Positions 18,503 to 28,145 of a stretch of 64,000 nt of DNA are shown here, piece after piece (position 1 is the stretch's first letter; every line of letters starts with the position of its first letter). The notes beneath the pieces were generated by a model, which saw only the letters and a program-made list of their open reading frames with translations, ran no database searches and was not told where the DNA came from. Source of the DNA: Candidatus Binataceae bacterium (GTDB taxonomy: Bacteria > Desulfobacterota > Binatia > Binatales > Binataceae); NCBI GenBank assembly GCA_041491005.1, contig JBGPUE010000010.1, positions 178 through 64,177 of the forward strand, written 5' to 3'. Both the position numbers and the translations under genes were made by a program.

Positions 18503-19183
18503 ATGGCGGCGGCAGCATCGAGCACACCATCGCAGATCATCCGGATCAGCGAACGCCAATGGGAACAAATGTCACCCACGATCAAATTAAAGAGTCTGTG
18601 GTCCGATCCCGCAACCAAACGGCGCGCACAGTTAACTCGCTTCGAGCCCGGCGCGGTGTTGCCGATGCATCGTCACATCGGCGACGAACTGCTCTACGTA
18701 ATCGAGGGAGCAATTTCTGACGAGTCCGGGACCGTTCTTGCAGGCAGCGTGGGCTATCGACCCAACGGATGCGTGCATTCGGTAAGCAGCAAGACCGGCG
18801 CTACCGTGTTCGCGATCATCACCGGCGGCATCGAGCCGGCATCCGAAATCGGCAACGCGCCGCGCTCACAAACCCTCGTGCTGAGTGACATAGCGTGGGT
18901 CGACGCGATGGCGGGCGTACGTCAGAAGCCGATTTGGACCGATCGCGAGACGAAGCGGCGAGGCCTTTTGGTGCGCTTTGAACCTGGCGCCAGGCTTCCG
19001 CTTCATCGGCACGTCGGGGACGAACTGATCTTCGTCATCGAAGGCTCAAACGCGGACGAGTCCGGTGAGGTGATGACCGGTGACATGAACTACCGGCCCA
19101 ACGGATGCGTACATAGCGTTATGAGCAGGAATGGCGCGACGGCGCTGGCGCTAGTAACTGGCGGCGTCGAAATGCTCGAATGA
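18503..19183 (+). CDS. Tandem-cupin protein (two ChrR-like / cupin_7 domains, no N-terminal anti-sigma zinc domain)
   Basis: Internal repeat. First unit 'KLKSLWSDPATKRRAQLTRFEPGAVLPMHRHIGDELLYVIEG...DESGTVLAGSVGYRPNGCVHSVSSKTGATVFAIITGGIE'. Second unit 'RQKPIWTDRETKRRGLLVRFEPGARLPLHRHVGDELIFVIEG...DESGEVMTGDMNYRPNGCVHSVMSRNGATALALVTGGVE'. Confidence 0.6.
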   Translation: MAAAASSTPSQIIRISERQWEQMSPTIKLKSLWSDPATKRRAQLTRFEPGAVLPMHRHIGDELLYVIEGAISDESGTVLAGSVGYRPNGCVHSVSSKTGATVFAIITGGIEPASEIGNAPRSQTLVLSDIAWVDAMAGVRQKPIWTDRETKRRGLLVRFEPGARLPLHRHVGDELIFVIEGSNADESGEVMTGDMNYRPNGCVHSVMSRNGATALALVTGGVEMLE

Positions 19184-19197
19184 GCCGATGGCATTGG

Positions 19198-19986
19198 TTA
19201 CGCGTTGCGGATCGTGAGACCTCCATCGACCGGAATGATCGCGCCCGTGAGGTAGGAAGCCGCCGGAAGACATAGGCTGAACGTGATGTGGGCGACCTCC
19301 TCCGGGTAACCGTAGCGCTTCAACGCGGTCCTGCGCTTGCCAAAAATCGTCTTGTGCTCTTCGGGAATCGCGTCAGTCAGTGCCGTCCGAATCGGTCCGG
19401 GGCAAATGCAATTGACCGTGATCCCTTCCGGGCCGAGGTCTACGGCCAATGCACGAGTGAGCCCGATCACCCCGGTCTTGGCAACCACGTAAGGACTGTC
19501 TCCAGGGGTAGCGCCGAGACCTTCGGTCGAGGCGATATTGACGATTCGCGCCGCGTCGGACTTTCTTAGATGTGGAAGCGCCGCCCGGACCAGCTGCTGC
19601 TGCGCCGTCAACAAGCCGGCGATCGTTCTGTCCCAGACTTGATCGTAGTCCTCCGCGTCGAGCGGACGAAAGCCGCCAAATCCGGCGTTGTTGATCAGGA
19701 TGTCGAGTCTGCCGAAGCGATCGGCGATTTCCGCGACGACGCGTTTGATCTCAGCGTGGTCCATCACGTCGAGGCGCCAAGCCTCCGCTCGCCCTCCTTC
19801 CGCTTTGATTTCCTCAACGACCCGCGCGACTCCCGGCTCGTTGATGTCAGTGGCCGCGACGAGCGCGCCTTCCTGAGCGAACACGTGAGCCGTGGCGCGT
19901 CCCATACCGCTCGCCGCGCCTGTAACCATTACTGCACGCCCTTTTACCGAGCGGTCTAGTTTCCTGATCGCGTCCATATCCGTCAT
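19198..19986 (-). CDS. SDR-family oxidoreductase
   Basis: Motifs 'VMVTGAASGMGRATA', 'NNAGFGG' and catalytic 'YVVAKTGVIGLTRALAVDL'. Confidence 0.85.
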   Translation of the reverse strand: MTDMDAIRKLDRSVKGRAVMVTGAASGMGRATAHVFAQEGALVAATDINEPGVARVVEEIKAEGGRAEAWRLDVMDHAEIKRVVAEIADRFGRLDILINNAGFGGFRPLDAEDYDQVWDRTIAGLLTAQQQLVRAALPHLRKSDAARIVNIASTEGLGATPGDSPYVVAKTGVIGLTRALAVDLGPEGITVNCICPGPIRTALTDAIPEEHKTIFGKRRTALKRYGYPEEVAHITFSLCLPAASYLTGAIIPVDGGLTIRNA

Positions 19987-20102
19987 CTCCTCGTTCTGCT
20001 TGAAAAGCCATGGCGCAGAGAAACGCTCGCGTGCCGCAGACGCAGACCCATGCTATCGCGCTGCCGCCGCAGACACTCGACTACCGGTCGTAGAGCTTCT
20101 TC

Positions 20103-21128
20103 TCAACCCGGCTGGGGCCACACCAAGGGGACGCTGGTGGCCAGCCACTTCACAAGAGCCGCATTCACTTCGAGGGGCTTTTCCTGCGCCATCCAGTGGC
20201 TCGTGCGAAGCGTCTCTTCTGTGAGCTTGCGACAGTAGGTGCGCATGGGCTCCGCGAGTCGCGAATGCGTGCATTCGCACACATAGTCGTATTGAGCATT
20301 GAGGAATAAGACCGGCATGTCGAGGTAGCCATCATTGCGGGCTGCTTTTGCGTAGCCAGCATTCGCGGCGTGGTTCATATACCACGATGATGGACCAAAG
20401 AAACCGTTGCGTTCCAGCGCGGAGACATAAACGCTCAAGTCTTCCTCGCTGACAACGTCCTGGTCTCGCGGCAGATCGGGAATCTCGCCACCACCCAGCA
20501 TACCGTGACTGCGACGCGCCGTAGCCGTGATTGCGCGCTGCCCCTCGCCTTCTGGATTCCCCTTGCGGAAGATGAGTTTCATGAACCGGTAGACGTTAGC
20601 ATCCATCGGTGCGATGGCCTCGGCGAAACTCTCTTCGTAATAGCGCATGTAATCCCATTGGCCGGCGGGGAATTCCTTCTCGGGATAGAGATTCCGATCG
20701 ACCAAGGTGAGCGTATGGTCAAGACCACGCTCAATCGTGTAGTACGGAACACACAAGTTCGCGACCGAATTGCAGCGGTCGGGGTGATGACTGGCCATAT
20801 TCCACACGACCGGGCTACCCCAGTCATGTCCTACCCATACGGCTCTGTCTCTTCCGACGGAATCCAGCAACTCCAGCATGTCGCGCACAATATGTTCCTG
20901 TGCGTAGTCGCCGCGTTGACAATAGACGGAAGAACGCCCATAGCCGCGCATGTCGGGCGCGATGGCGCGAAAACCTAACGCAGCAAGGGCTGGAAGTTGA
21001 TGTCGCCAGCTAATGGACAGCTCGGGCCAGCCGTGGATGAAGACAATGAGCGGCCGATTTTCAGGTCCCGCAGCGAGATAGAAGGTAGTATGCCTAGCCG
21101 TTTTGGCCGTGTGCTCTGTGATTGACAC
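20103..21128 (-). CDS. Alpha/beta hydrolase (epoxide hydrolase / haloalkane dehalogenase-like)
   Basis: Sequence 'LIVFIHGWPELSISWRHQLPALAALGFRAIAPDMRGYGRSS' and nucleophile elbow 'VGHDWGSPV'. Confidence 0.8.
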   Translation of the reverse strand: MSITEHTAKTARHTTFYLAAGPENRPLIVFIHGWPELSISWRHQLPALAALGFRAIAPDMRGYGRSSVYCQRGDYAQEHIVRDMLELLDSVGRDRAVWVGHDWGSPVVWNMASHHPDRCNSVANLCVPYYTIERGLDHTLTLVDRNLYPEKEFPAGQWDYMRYYEESFAEAIAPMDANVYRFMKLIFRKGNPEGEGQRAITATARRSHGMLGGGEIPDLPRDQDVVSEEDLSVYVSALERNGFFGPSSWYMNHAANAGYAKAARNDGYLDMPVLFLNAQYDYVCECTHSRLAEPMRTYCRKLTEETLRTSHWMAQEKPLEVNAALVKWLATSVPLVWPQPG

Positions 21129-21353
21129 GCTGGTGGCTCCTCTTCATTGGCGATCGTAAGATGCGCCGAACGCTTGAGTTGAAATAGGCTTCACTATTTG
21201 GTGGCGCCACTTCTTGCGCGAGCCGACTGCGTCCCTGGAGGGTTCGTTGGACGCGTTTAGGACGCGGTGGTCGCGGCTTCGATTGTGGATTTCGACAACG
21301 CACTCATCGGATAAATCAGGTATACTTCGCCCGGTGTCTTTGACGCAAAGCAT

Positions 21354-21848
21354 GTGACACCGATCGCGACAGCACAGGGTGATGCCATGGGGGAGCGGGG
21401 TATTTCGGGTAATCTCGGGTTTTGTTGGCTCGCTATAATGATGGTTCTGTTGGTTCAGGGTCGAGCGGCGGCTCAGTGGACCGGCCGCGACGGTTGGGTC
21501 GAAGAGCCCGCTGCCAAATCGCTCAACGTGGAAGGAGACCCGGGTCATGCGTACCTGGACCCCGCGTCCGTCCGCCGCGGCGATGACGGACTGGTATATT
21601 TCAACGAAAGCTCCAACGTGTCCCGACCGGGGGAAATAGGCAACGTGGGTTTAATGAAGGATGCCTACGATTGTGCGAAGAACATCAAGTACATGTGCGT
21701 AGGGGTTGGGGATTGGCGCAACGATCTGAAGAGCACGATCAACGCCGCCAATGACCCCGCTTTGCCAGTTTACCGCAAGTACCTGTGCGGCGACGCGAAA
21801 CCCGGCGAGGACAGCCCGAGCTACCTCCGGGAGCATCAACAGCCGTAG
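21354..21848 (+). CDS. Hypothetical secreted protein
   Basis: Signal-peptide-like 'CWLAIMMVLLVQGRAAAQW'. No recognisable family. Start uncertain. Confidence 0.35.
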   Translation: MTPIATAQGDAMGERGISGNLGFCWLAIMMVLLVQGRAAAQWTGRDGWVEEPAAKSLNVEGDPGHAYLDPASVRRGDDGLVYFNESSNVSRPGEIGNVGLMKDAYDCAKNIKYMCVGVGDWRNDLKSTINAANDPALPVYRKYLCGDAKPGEDSPSYLREHQQP

Positions 21849-21989
21849 GGCCAGATCAGCCGACGGGTATGTATGCGGCTGCGGCACTTGAAGTGTAACG
21901 CGCAACACTTCGCAGCATCCGTCACCTCAGACCTTTACGCCGGCAGTTTGGTGATGCAAAGCTCTCGCAATCAGAAATGAGGAGGGTCC

Positions 21990-22994
21990 ATGGCGTCTAA
22001 AGAGACTTGGCTCGCGCAGGTGCGGGAGGAAATCATCGAGCCGGATCTTCCGATCATCGATCCGCACCATCATCTTTGGGATCATCCCGATGACCGCTAC
22101 ACGCTCGATGAGCTAAGGGCGGATACCAGTAGCGGCCACAACGTCCGTGCGACCGTCTTCGTCGAGTGCATGTCGATGTATCGCGCTGATGGCTCCGCGC
22201 CGCTGAAGCCCGTCGGCGAAACGGAATTCGTCAATGGCATCGCCGCGCAGAGCGCAAGCGGCAACTATGGCGAGATGCGCGCGGCGGCGGGCATCGTGAG
22301 CTTCGCCGATCTGACGCTGGGGACTGCCGTCGACGAGGTGCTCGAAGCGCATCGGTCGGCAGCGCCCGCCCGCTTCCGCGGTATTCGCCACGCGTCGGCC
22401 TTCGATCCGAATCAAGACATCCGCCGATCGCACACTAACCCTCCGCCGGGCCTGCTGGGTCTGCCAAAGTTCCGCGAAGGCTTCGCCCGGCTCGGCTCGT
22501 ACGGGCTCAGCTTCGATGCCTGGCTCTACCATCACCAGATTCCGGAGCTCACCGCACTTGCCCGTGCAAACCCTGAGGTCACGATCATCCTCGACCACTT
22601 CGGGGGGCCTTTGGGCATCGGCCCTTATCAGGGCAAGCGCGGCGAGATCTTCGCACAATGGAAGCTCGACATCACCGAGCTCGCGCGCTGCCGGAATGTC
22701 GTCGCCAAGCTCGGGGGAATCAATATGCCAGTTAGCGGCTTCGCGTGGCACAAGCGCGCGCTGCCGCCCAGCTCCAACGAGCTCGTCGCCGCGACGCGAG
22801 ATTACTATCTGCATGCGATCGATTGCTTCGGGACGGATCGCTGCATGTTCGAGAGCAATTTTCCGGTCGACAAGCTGTCCTGCTCCTACCCAGTGCTATG
22901 GAACGCCTTCAAAAAAATCGCACAGAACTTCAGCTCGAGCGAAAAAGCGTCTCTCTTCCACGAGACCGCAGCGAGGGTCTATCGGCTGCGCTGA
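21990..22994 (+). CDS. Amidohydrolase_2 family metal-dependent hydrolase
   Basis: Motifs 'PIIDPHHHLWD', 'ILDHFGGP' and 'FESNFPVD'. Confidence 0.75.
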   Translation: MASKETWLAQVREEIIEPDLPIIDPHHHLWDHPDDRYTLDELRADTSSGHNVRATVFVECMSMYRADGSAPLKPVGETEFVNGIAAQSASGNYGEMRAAAGIVSFADLTLGTAVDEVLEAHRSAAPARFRGIRHASAFDPNQDIRRSHTNPPPGLLGLPKFREGFARLGSYGLSFDAWLYHHQIPELTALARANPEVTIILDHFGGPLGIGPYQGKRGEIFAQWKLDITELARCRNVVAKLGGINMPVSGFAWHKRALPPSSNELVAATRDYYLHAIDCFGTDRCMFESNFPVDKLSCSYPVLWNAFKKIAQNFSSSEKASLFHETAARVYRLR

Positions 22995-23048
22995 ACGGAG
23001 GTGCTGCTTGCGCCGATTCGCAGCACCTCCACTCAACTCGATCATTCC

Positions 23049-23891
23049 TCAGCCCTCGAACGACGGCCCCATGAAGCGAGTTGGCGCAATTGCCTGCGGA
23101 ACGGCGCGGTCTTCAGGGCGCGTGAACGAAGCGCCAACGGTCAACCCGCCATCAACGACGATCGCCTGACCGGTCACGAACTCAGAGTCGTCGCTTGCCA
23201 GGAACAGCGCCGTAGCGGCGATGTCCTCGGGATGCCCGGCGCGCGGAATCGGCTGGCCCTTCGCCAGCCATTCTTCCATCGCTTCCTTCACGCCCGGTTG
23301 GTTGCGATGCAGAATCGGCGTGTTGATTCCGCCTGGGCAGATGCAGTTAACGCGGATCTTGTCCTTGGCGAACTCCAGCGACGCCGACCGCGTGAGGTTC
23401 ACCACGCCAGCCTTTGCGGCGCAGTAAGCGTGCAGGCCTGCGAATCCCCGGATTCCCGCGATCGAAGCTGTTGAAATGATCGATCCGCCGCCTACCTTTC
23501 TCATCTCGGGCACCGAATGCTTGATTCCCAAGAACACGCCGCGTAGCAGGACTGCCTGGCTCCGGTCCCAGTCTTCGACCGAGATTTGCTCCAGCGGCCC
23601 GACCGCGCCACCGATTCCGGCGTTGTTGTAGATGATATCGAGGCGGCCGAATTCCTTGATCGCTCGCGCGACCATCGCCTTGATTTCGGTCTCGGCCGAG
23701 ACGTCGGTTTTCTGGAACACCGCGCGCCCGCCGTTTTCCTTGCACTCGCGGACCGTTCCCTCGCCCCCGTCCTGGTTCAGGTCAGCGATCACTATCGCGG
23801 CGCCTTCGCCAGCGAACCGAATCGCTGTGGCACGCCCCATCCCACTCGCCGCGCCGGTGATCACGGCCACTTTTCCATCGAGTCTGCCCAT
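23049..23891 (-). CDS. SDR-family oxidoreductase (paralogue of 19198-19986)
   Basis: Motifs 'VAVITGAASGMGRATA', 'YNNAGIGG' and 'YCAAKAGVVNLTRSASLEF'. Confidence 0.85.
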   Translation of the reverse strand: MGRLDGKVAVITGAASGMGRATAIRFAGEGAAIVIADLNQDGGEGTVRECKENGGRAVFQKTDVSAETEIKAMVARAIKEFGRLDIIYNNAGIGGAVGPLEQISVEDWDRSQAVLLRGVFLGIKHSVPEMRKVGGGSIISTASIAGIRGFAGLHAYCAAKAGVVNLTRSASLEFAKDKIRVNCICPGGINTPILHRNQPGVKEAMEEWLAKGQPIPRAGHPEDIAATALFLASDDSEFVTGQAIVVDGGLTVGASFTRPEDRAVPQAIAPTRFMGPSFEG

Positions 23892-24183
23892 TGCACTTTT
23901 CCTCTGCTTTGGAAGGTTGGATTGTTACGCGATGTCTTAACTAGCAGGCGATGAGGCGAACCGGTTAGCGCCGCGAGCTCTAGGTCTGCTAGTCGCCGCG
24001 CCCGATCTCCCCAATCATTGATTGAAACAGCGGGCGACCCAAAGAACGGAGCGAGTTCCCGGAAAGCGACCGTCGATGGAGGGTCGCGGTTGTGATAGCG
24101 TCGCGCAACACCATGCCCAGGCGCAATCCTGACGGAACGTTTCGGAATCGCCTCCTCTAACGAAACAAGAAACGAGGACAATC

Positions 24184-24636
24184 ATGAAAACAACAGATGA
24201 ACTGGTAATCGAGCTTGCTGATCGCGAAGCGATTCGTGAACTGCCCGTGCGCTATTGCGATTGTGTTTGGCAAAACGATCTCAAGACGATGGTCGAGCTT
24301 TTCGCCGAGGATGGGACATTTGTCGTAAAGGGACGTGAGCGAGAGGCGACGACCAAAGGACGCGCCGAACTTCGCAAGATGTACGAGCGGGCACTCGGTG
24401 AAGTGTCGCCGCGCCCTTATATCCACAACCATGTTGTGAATCTGCAGAGCAAAACCAAGGCGACTGGCAGATGCTACGTGGAACTGCGCAGCGCTGCGCG
24501 TGAGATGGAATGGATTGGAACTGGCTATTACGACGACGAGTACGTGAAAGTCGGTGATCAGTGGAAGTTCGCGACGCGACGCTTTACTAGTATCAGGATC
24601 CCGACCCCGCCTGCCAAAAGCGCAAGCAAATCGTAG
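24184..24636 (+). CDS. NTF2-like / SnoaL-like small protein
   Basis: 150 aa. Sequence 'DREAIRELPVRYCDCVWQNDLKTMVELFAEDGTFVV'. Confidence 0.55.
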   Translation: MKTTDELVIELADREAIRELPVRYCDCVWQNDLKTMVELFAEDGTFVVKGREREATTKGRAELRKMYERALGEVSPRPYIHNHVVNLQSKTKATGRCYVELRSAAREMEWIGTGYYDDEYVKVGDQWKFATRRFTSIRIPTPPAKSASKS

Positions 24637-24821
24637 CTCAGAGACGGACGTCTTTGTACCGGCTCGGGCGCGAATTCCAAGATTTGGTTCAGCGAAGTCT
24701 CATGAGGTCTGGCCTTTGAGCTGGCTCATAGTTCACGATCGTCGCTATCGACTTGTTTCGGCGCTAACCTGTATAAGGCGCATAGCCCGGCTGGCTGCCG
24801 CCATTCGACCCGGCGGCGGAA

Positions 24822-25658
24822 TTGGCCAAGGGAGCGGTGAACTTGATTTTGAAAGATTCTGTCTATCGCGAAAAGCTCTATCGCGCATATCTCGATTTCT
24901 TCAAATCGGCCGAGACCAAACGGCGATGGAATGTCTTCGATGACGTTCCATGGGACCGGCTCGACCCTTCCAGGGCAAGCGAACAGACCCTGCAGGGAGT
25001 GGAACACGCCTGTGCCGAGGAGCTCTATCTCCCGGACTATGGTTCCAAAGTGATGCATCTTTTGCGCTCTTCATTCGGTGAGGCCTGGTTCTGGGCCAAT
25101 TGGTGCTACGAAGAATCCAAGCATGGCCTCGCCTTGCGCGAATACATGGTTCGTTCGGGTTATCGTTCAAGTGAAGGGATGGCTGAATTCGAGGACGTCC
25201 TCTCATCGGTTCAATGGGAACTGCCCTTCACAAAAATCCGCCAGATGACCTGCTACGGCGCGCTCCAGGAAGCCGCGACCTATCTCGGCTACAAAATCCT
25301 CCGAGACCGGGTAATCGCAGCCGACGACCAGCTGCTTGAAGCGATCTTCTCCTTCATCGGCCGCGACGAAGCCGCTCACGCCGGTTTCTACCGAACGCTC
25401 ATGGCGATCGATATGGAACAGGATCGCGAAGGAACCATGGCCGATATGGCGTTCGTCATCCCGCGGTTCAAGATGCCGGGTGATGGCCTCATCCCGGGCT
25501 ACAGCGAAAGGCTCGTTGCCTCTGGCCTGGCGCATGACACCCGCTGGTATGTTGAGAAGGTCGTCATGCCGACCCTCAAATCCGCGGGTACGAGCTGGGA
25601 GGAATTGAGGGCTCACTCTCGCAAGCGGCTGTCCGACCGCACCGTCGCGCGCGCCTGA
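24822..25658 (+). CDS. Soluble diiron acyl-ACP desaturase-like protein (ferritin-like)
   Basis: Two E-x-x-H diiron motifs: 'WCYEESKHGLAL' and 'GRDEAAHAGFY'. Confidence 0.6.
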   Translation: MAKGAVNLILKDSVYREKLYRAYLDFFKSAETKRRWNVFDDVPWDRLDPSRASEQTLQGVEHACAEELYLPDYGSKVMHLLRSSFGEAWFWANWCYEESKHGLALREYMVRSGYRSSEGMAEFEDVLSSVQWELPFTKIRQMTCYGALQEAATYLGYKILRDRVIAADDQLLEAIFSFIGRDEAAHAGFYRTLMAIDMEQDREGTMADMAFVIPRFKMPGDGLIPGYSERLVASGLAHDTRWYVEKVVMPTLKSAGTSWEELRAHSRKRLSDRTVARA

Positions 25659-25791
25659 CCCTCTGGTAGCATTCCGAGCGTCGCAGAATTCAAGGCAGAG
25701 ACCTCCAAACAGTCAGCACCGAGACTCTTCCAGCGTTGAAGCAACGACGATTTTGCGCTTGAACGGGGGCTACGCTACGCTTTGTGCTGCC

Positions 25792-26139
25792 ATGAAGAAG
25801 GTACTGATGGTCTGCACAGGAAACTTGGATAGGAGTCCGACTGCCGCGGTGGTGCTGGCGCAAATGCGCGTCCCGATGTGGGTGACCTCGGCCGGCACTG
25901 AGCCTTGGGCGCACAATCAGCTCACCCTCGAACTGGTCGAAGAGGCAGACGTGATTTGCGTGATGGAGGAGGCCCATCGGCGCTTCATCCGCGACCGGTT
26001 CGGCGATTCTCATGAGGCCAAGGTCGTCGTGCTCGACATTTCCGACAACTACATCAGCGGCGAGGATGCGCTCATACATCTGCTTCGCCCGAAATTGCTT
26101 GCCGCGCTGGGCTTGTCGGGTACGCGCCAGAACCCCTAA
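25792..26139 (+). CDS. Short low-molecular-weight phosphatase family protein (CX5R P-loop)
   Basis: Sequence 'MKKVLMVCTGNLDRSPTAAVV' (C-X5-R). About 116 aa from this start. ORF-track start at 25753 is less likely. Confidence 0.55.
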   Translation: MKKVLMVCTGNLDRSPTAAVVLAQMRVPMWVTSAGTEPWAHNQLTLELVEEADVICVMEEAHRRFIRDRFGDSHEAKVVVLDISDNYISGEDALIHLLRPKLLAALGLSGTRQNP

Positions 26140-26273
26140 TAGGGCTGAAATCGCCGCTCTCCGGACCGAGACGCACGGCACAATCGAGCGAACCGGAGCT
26201 AGCTGCGATGTGATTGTGCGCGCCTGAGCGACAGGCCTTGGCAAAGAACGATACTGCGAGAGGACAATGAGCC

Positions 26274-27245
26274 ATGGAAAAGAGGAAACTTGGCAGCCAA
26301 GGACTGGAAGTGTCGGAACTGGGCCTTGGATGCATGGGGATGTCGCAATTCTACGGTCCACGTGACGACAAGGAATCGCGTGCGACGATCGAACGGGCGG
26401 TCGAGCTCGGTATCAATTTCTTCGACACCGCGGACGTTTACGGCGCCGGTCACAATGAAGAGCTGGTCGGCGAAGCGCTGAAAAAACACCGCGCCAAGGT
26501 GATCATCGCGACCAAGTTCGGGAATCAGGTCCTCCCCGACGGCAAACGCGCGATCAACGGCAAGCCGGATTACGTGCGCTCCGCCTGCGAAGGATCGCTG
26601 AAGCGGCTCGGCGCCGATTACATCGATCTTTATTACCAACATCGGGTGGACAAGAAAGTGCCGATCGAGGAGACCGTTGGCGCGATGGCGGAGCTTGTGC
26701 GCCAGGGAAAGGTCCGCTACCTGGGCCTGTCGGAGGCGGGGGCGAAAACGATTCGCCGGGCCCACATGACGCATCCGATTACCGCGCTTCAGTCGGAATA
26801 CTCGCTGTGGACGCGCGACTACGAGGACGAGGTGATTCCGACCCTTCGCGAACTCGGGATCGGATTCGTTCCGTTCAGCCCGCTGGGGCGCGGGTTCCTG
26901 AGTGGAAATATACGCGACCTGCCCGCTGACGATATGCGAGTACGCATTTCGCCGCGCTTCGAGCGCGAGAATATGGAACGGAATCTCAAGGTCGTCGATC
27001 GCATCAAGGAAATTGCGAACGAGAAGGGAATCACCCCAAGCCAACTCGCGCTCGCCTGGGTGCTTTCACAAGGAAGGGACCTGGTCCCGATTCCCGGCAC
27101 CAAGCGTCGCCGCTATCTGGAAGAGAATGCTGCGGCGACCAGGATCGAGCTATCGAAGAGCGACCTGGCGCGAATCGAGGAAGTCGCGCCGAAGGGCTTC
27201 GCAGCCGGAGGACGTTACCATGATATGAGCACCGTGAACGTTTGA
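26274..27245 (+). CDS. Aldo/keto reductase
   Basis: Sequence '[24 protein letters not shown]...FFDTADVYG...[13 protein letters not shown]'. Confidence 0.9.
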   Translation: MEKRKLGSQGLEVSELGLGCMGMSQFYGPRDDKESRATIERAVELGINFFDTADVYGAGHNEELVGEALKKHRAKVIIATKFGNQVLPDGKRAINGKPDYVRSACEGSLKRLGADYIDLYYQHRVDKKVPIEETVGAMAELVRQGKVRYLGLSEAGAKTIRRAHMTHPITALQSEYSLWTRDYEDEVIPTLRELGIGFVPFSPLGRGFLSGNIRDLPADDMRVRISPRFERENMERNLKVVDRIKEIANEKGITPSQLALAWVLSQGRDLVPIPGTKRRRYLEENAAATRIELSKSDLARIEEVAPKGFAAGGRYHDMSTVNV

Positions 27246-27354
27246 GCCTGGTGAAGCTGAACCCTTCCAGCGGAAGGCCCGCCGGCCCGCAACGATTCGG
27301 CTGCGTACGCCTTCTGAGCACCCGCACGGATCGCTGGCGGGATAAAAGTGCCGG

Positions 27355-27999
27355 TCAGGTCGGCGGTGGAAAACATGGCAGCGTGTGGGTCAACGCATAC
27401 TGATACACGCGGCCACTCCAGTTGAAGGTTCCGACTGCTGTACCAAAATTGGTAGTCAAGGCGGCGATGCGCTCTTGCTCGGCCAGAGACTCAGATTTCG
27501 CCGGCGCATATGCCAGGTAGTCGATTTCCGTGCCGGAGAGTGCGCCGTCAAGCGGCGGTGCGAAATTCATCTGCAAAAAATTCACCGCCGGACGCCAGCC
27601 ATCAGCGGCCGTGTCACTGTCGACTACCGTCATCCAGCGCCCATCGTCGAGCGAACCGCCCAGGCTAAGTTCACGGTATTCCGGGACCCCGGCGGCATTC
27701 TTGTGCAGTTCAATCACACCCGGAACCTCGACTTGGAGCTGTTCGCAGCGATCCCGGCGATCCCCCTCGTCTTCACCGGGGCGGAGGTCTTCGTGCGGAG
27801 GCGCGGAGCCGTGATGCGCGAGCATGACCGCCCCCTCGACCGTACGGACGACAGCACTCAAGGCGACTGGCGCGAGTTGGATTGCAGCGTACCAGCATCC
27901 GCTCAGGCCGATCATTGCCGCCCCCGCGAGAAGCACGAGGAGTATCGTAGAACGATTTGACTTCAGACGCTCGATACCGCCTCCAACCTGCTCCGCCAC
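27355..27999 (-). CDS. Hypothetical lipoprotein
   Basis: Signal 'ILLVLLAGAAMIGLSGC' (L-S-G-C lipobox). Divergent from mgtA. Confidence 0.4.
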   Translation of the reverse strand: MAEQVGGGIERLKSNRSTILLVLLAGAAMIGLSGCWYAAIQLAPVALSAVVRTVEGAVMLAHHGSAPPHEDLRPGEDEGDRRDRCEQLQVEVPGVIELHKNAAGVPEYRELSLGGSLDDGRWMTVVDSDTAADGWRPAVNFLQMNFAPPLDGALSGTEIDYLAYAPAKSESLAEQERIAALTTNFGTAVGTFNWSGRVYQYALTHTLPCFPPPT

Positions 28000-28145
28000 A
28001 CAACCACTTTCGCGGCTATCCGCCAGCCTAGCACGCGCGCGAACGCCAAACTGCTGCGAAACGAACGAGCAGCACAGCCGCTATCGACGGAAAAGATTCC
28101 CTCGGCTATCTGAAATGAAGTAGAGAAACTTGGGAGATTAGTAGT

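Noticed and set aside
26199-27044. 281-aa minus-strand ORF overlapping the aldo/keto reductase gene, and similar antisense ORFs (25690-26361, 4254-5138, 22113-22814, 36140-36562, 45557-46600)
   Set aside because: They are antisense to confidently assigned genes. They have no motifs and a biased Arg/Ala/Pro composition. I treat them as GC-content artefacts.
28000-28145. Looked for an M-box riboswitch or mgtL-type leader upstream of mgtA
   Set aside because: The 146-nt intergenic region is too short and lacks M-box conserved segments. No proline-rich leader ORF is present.
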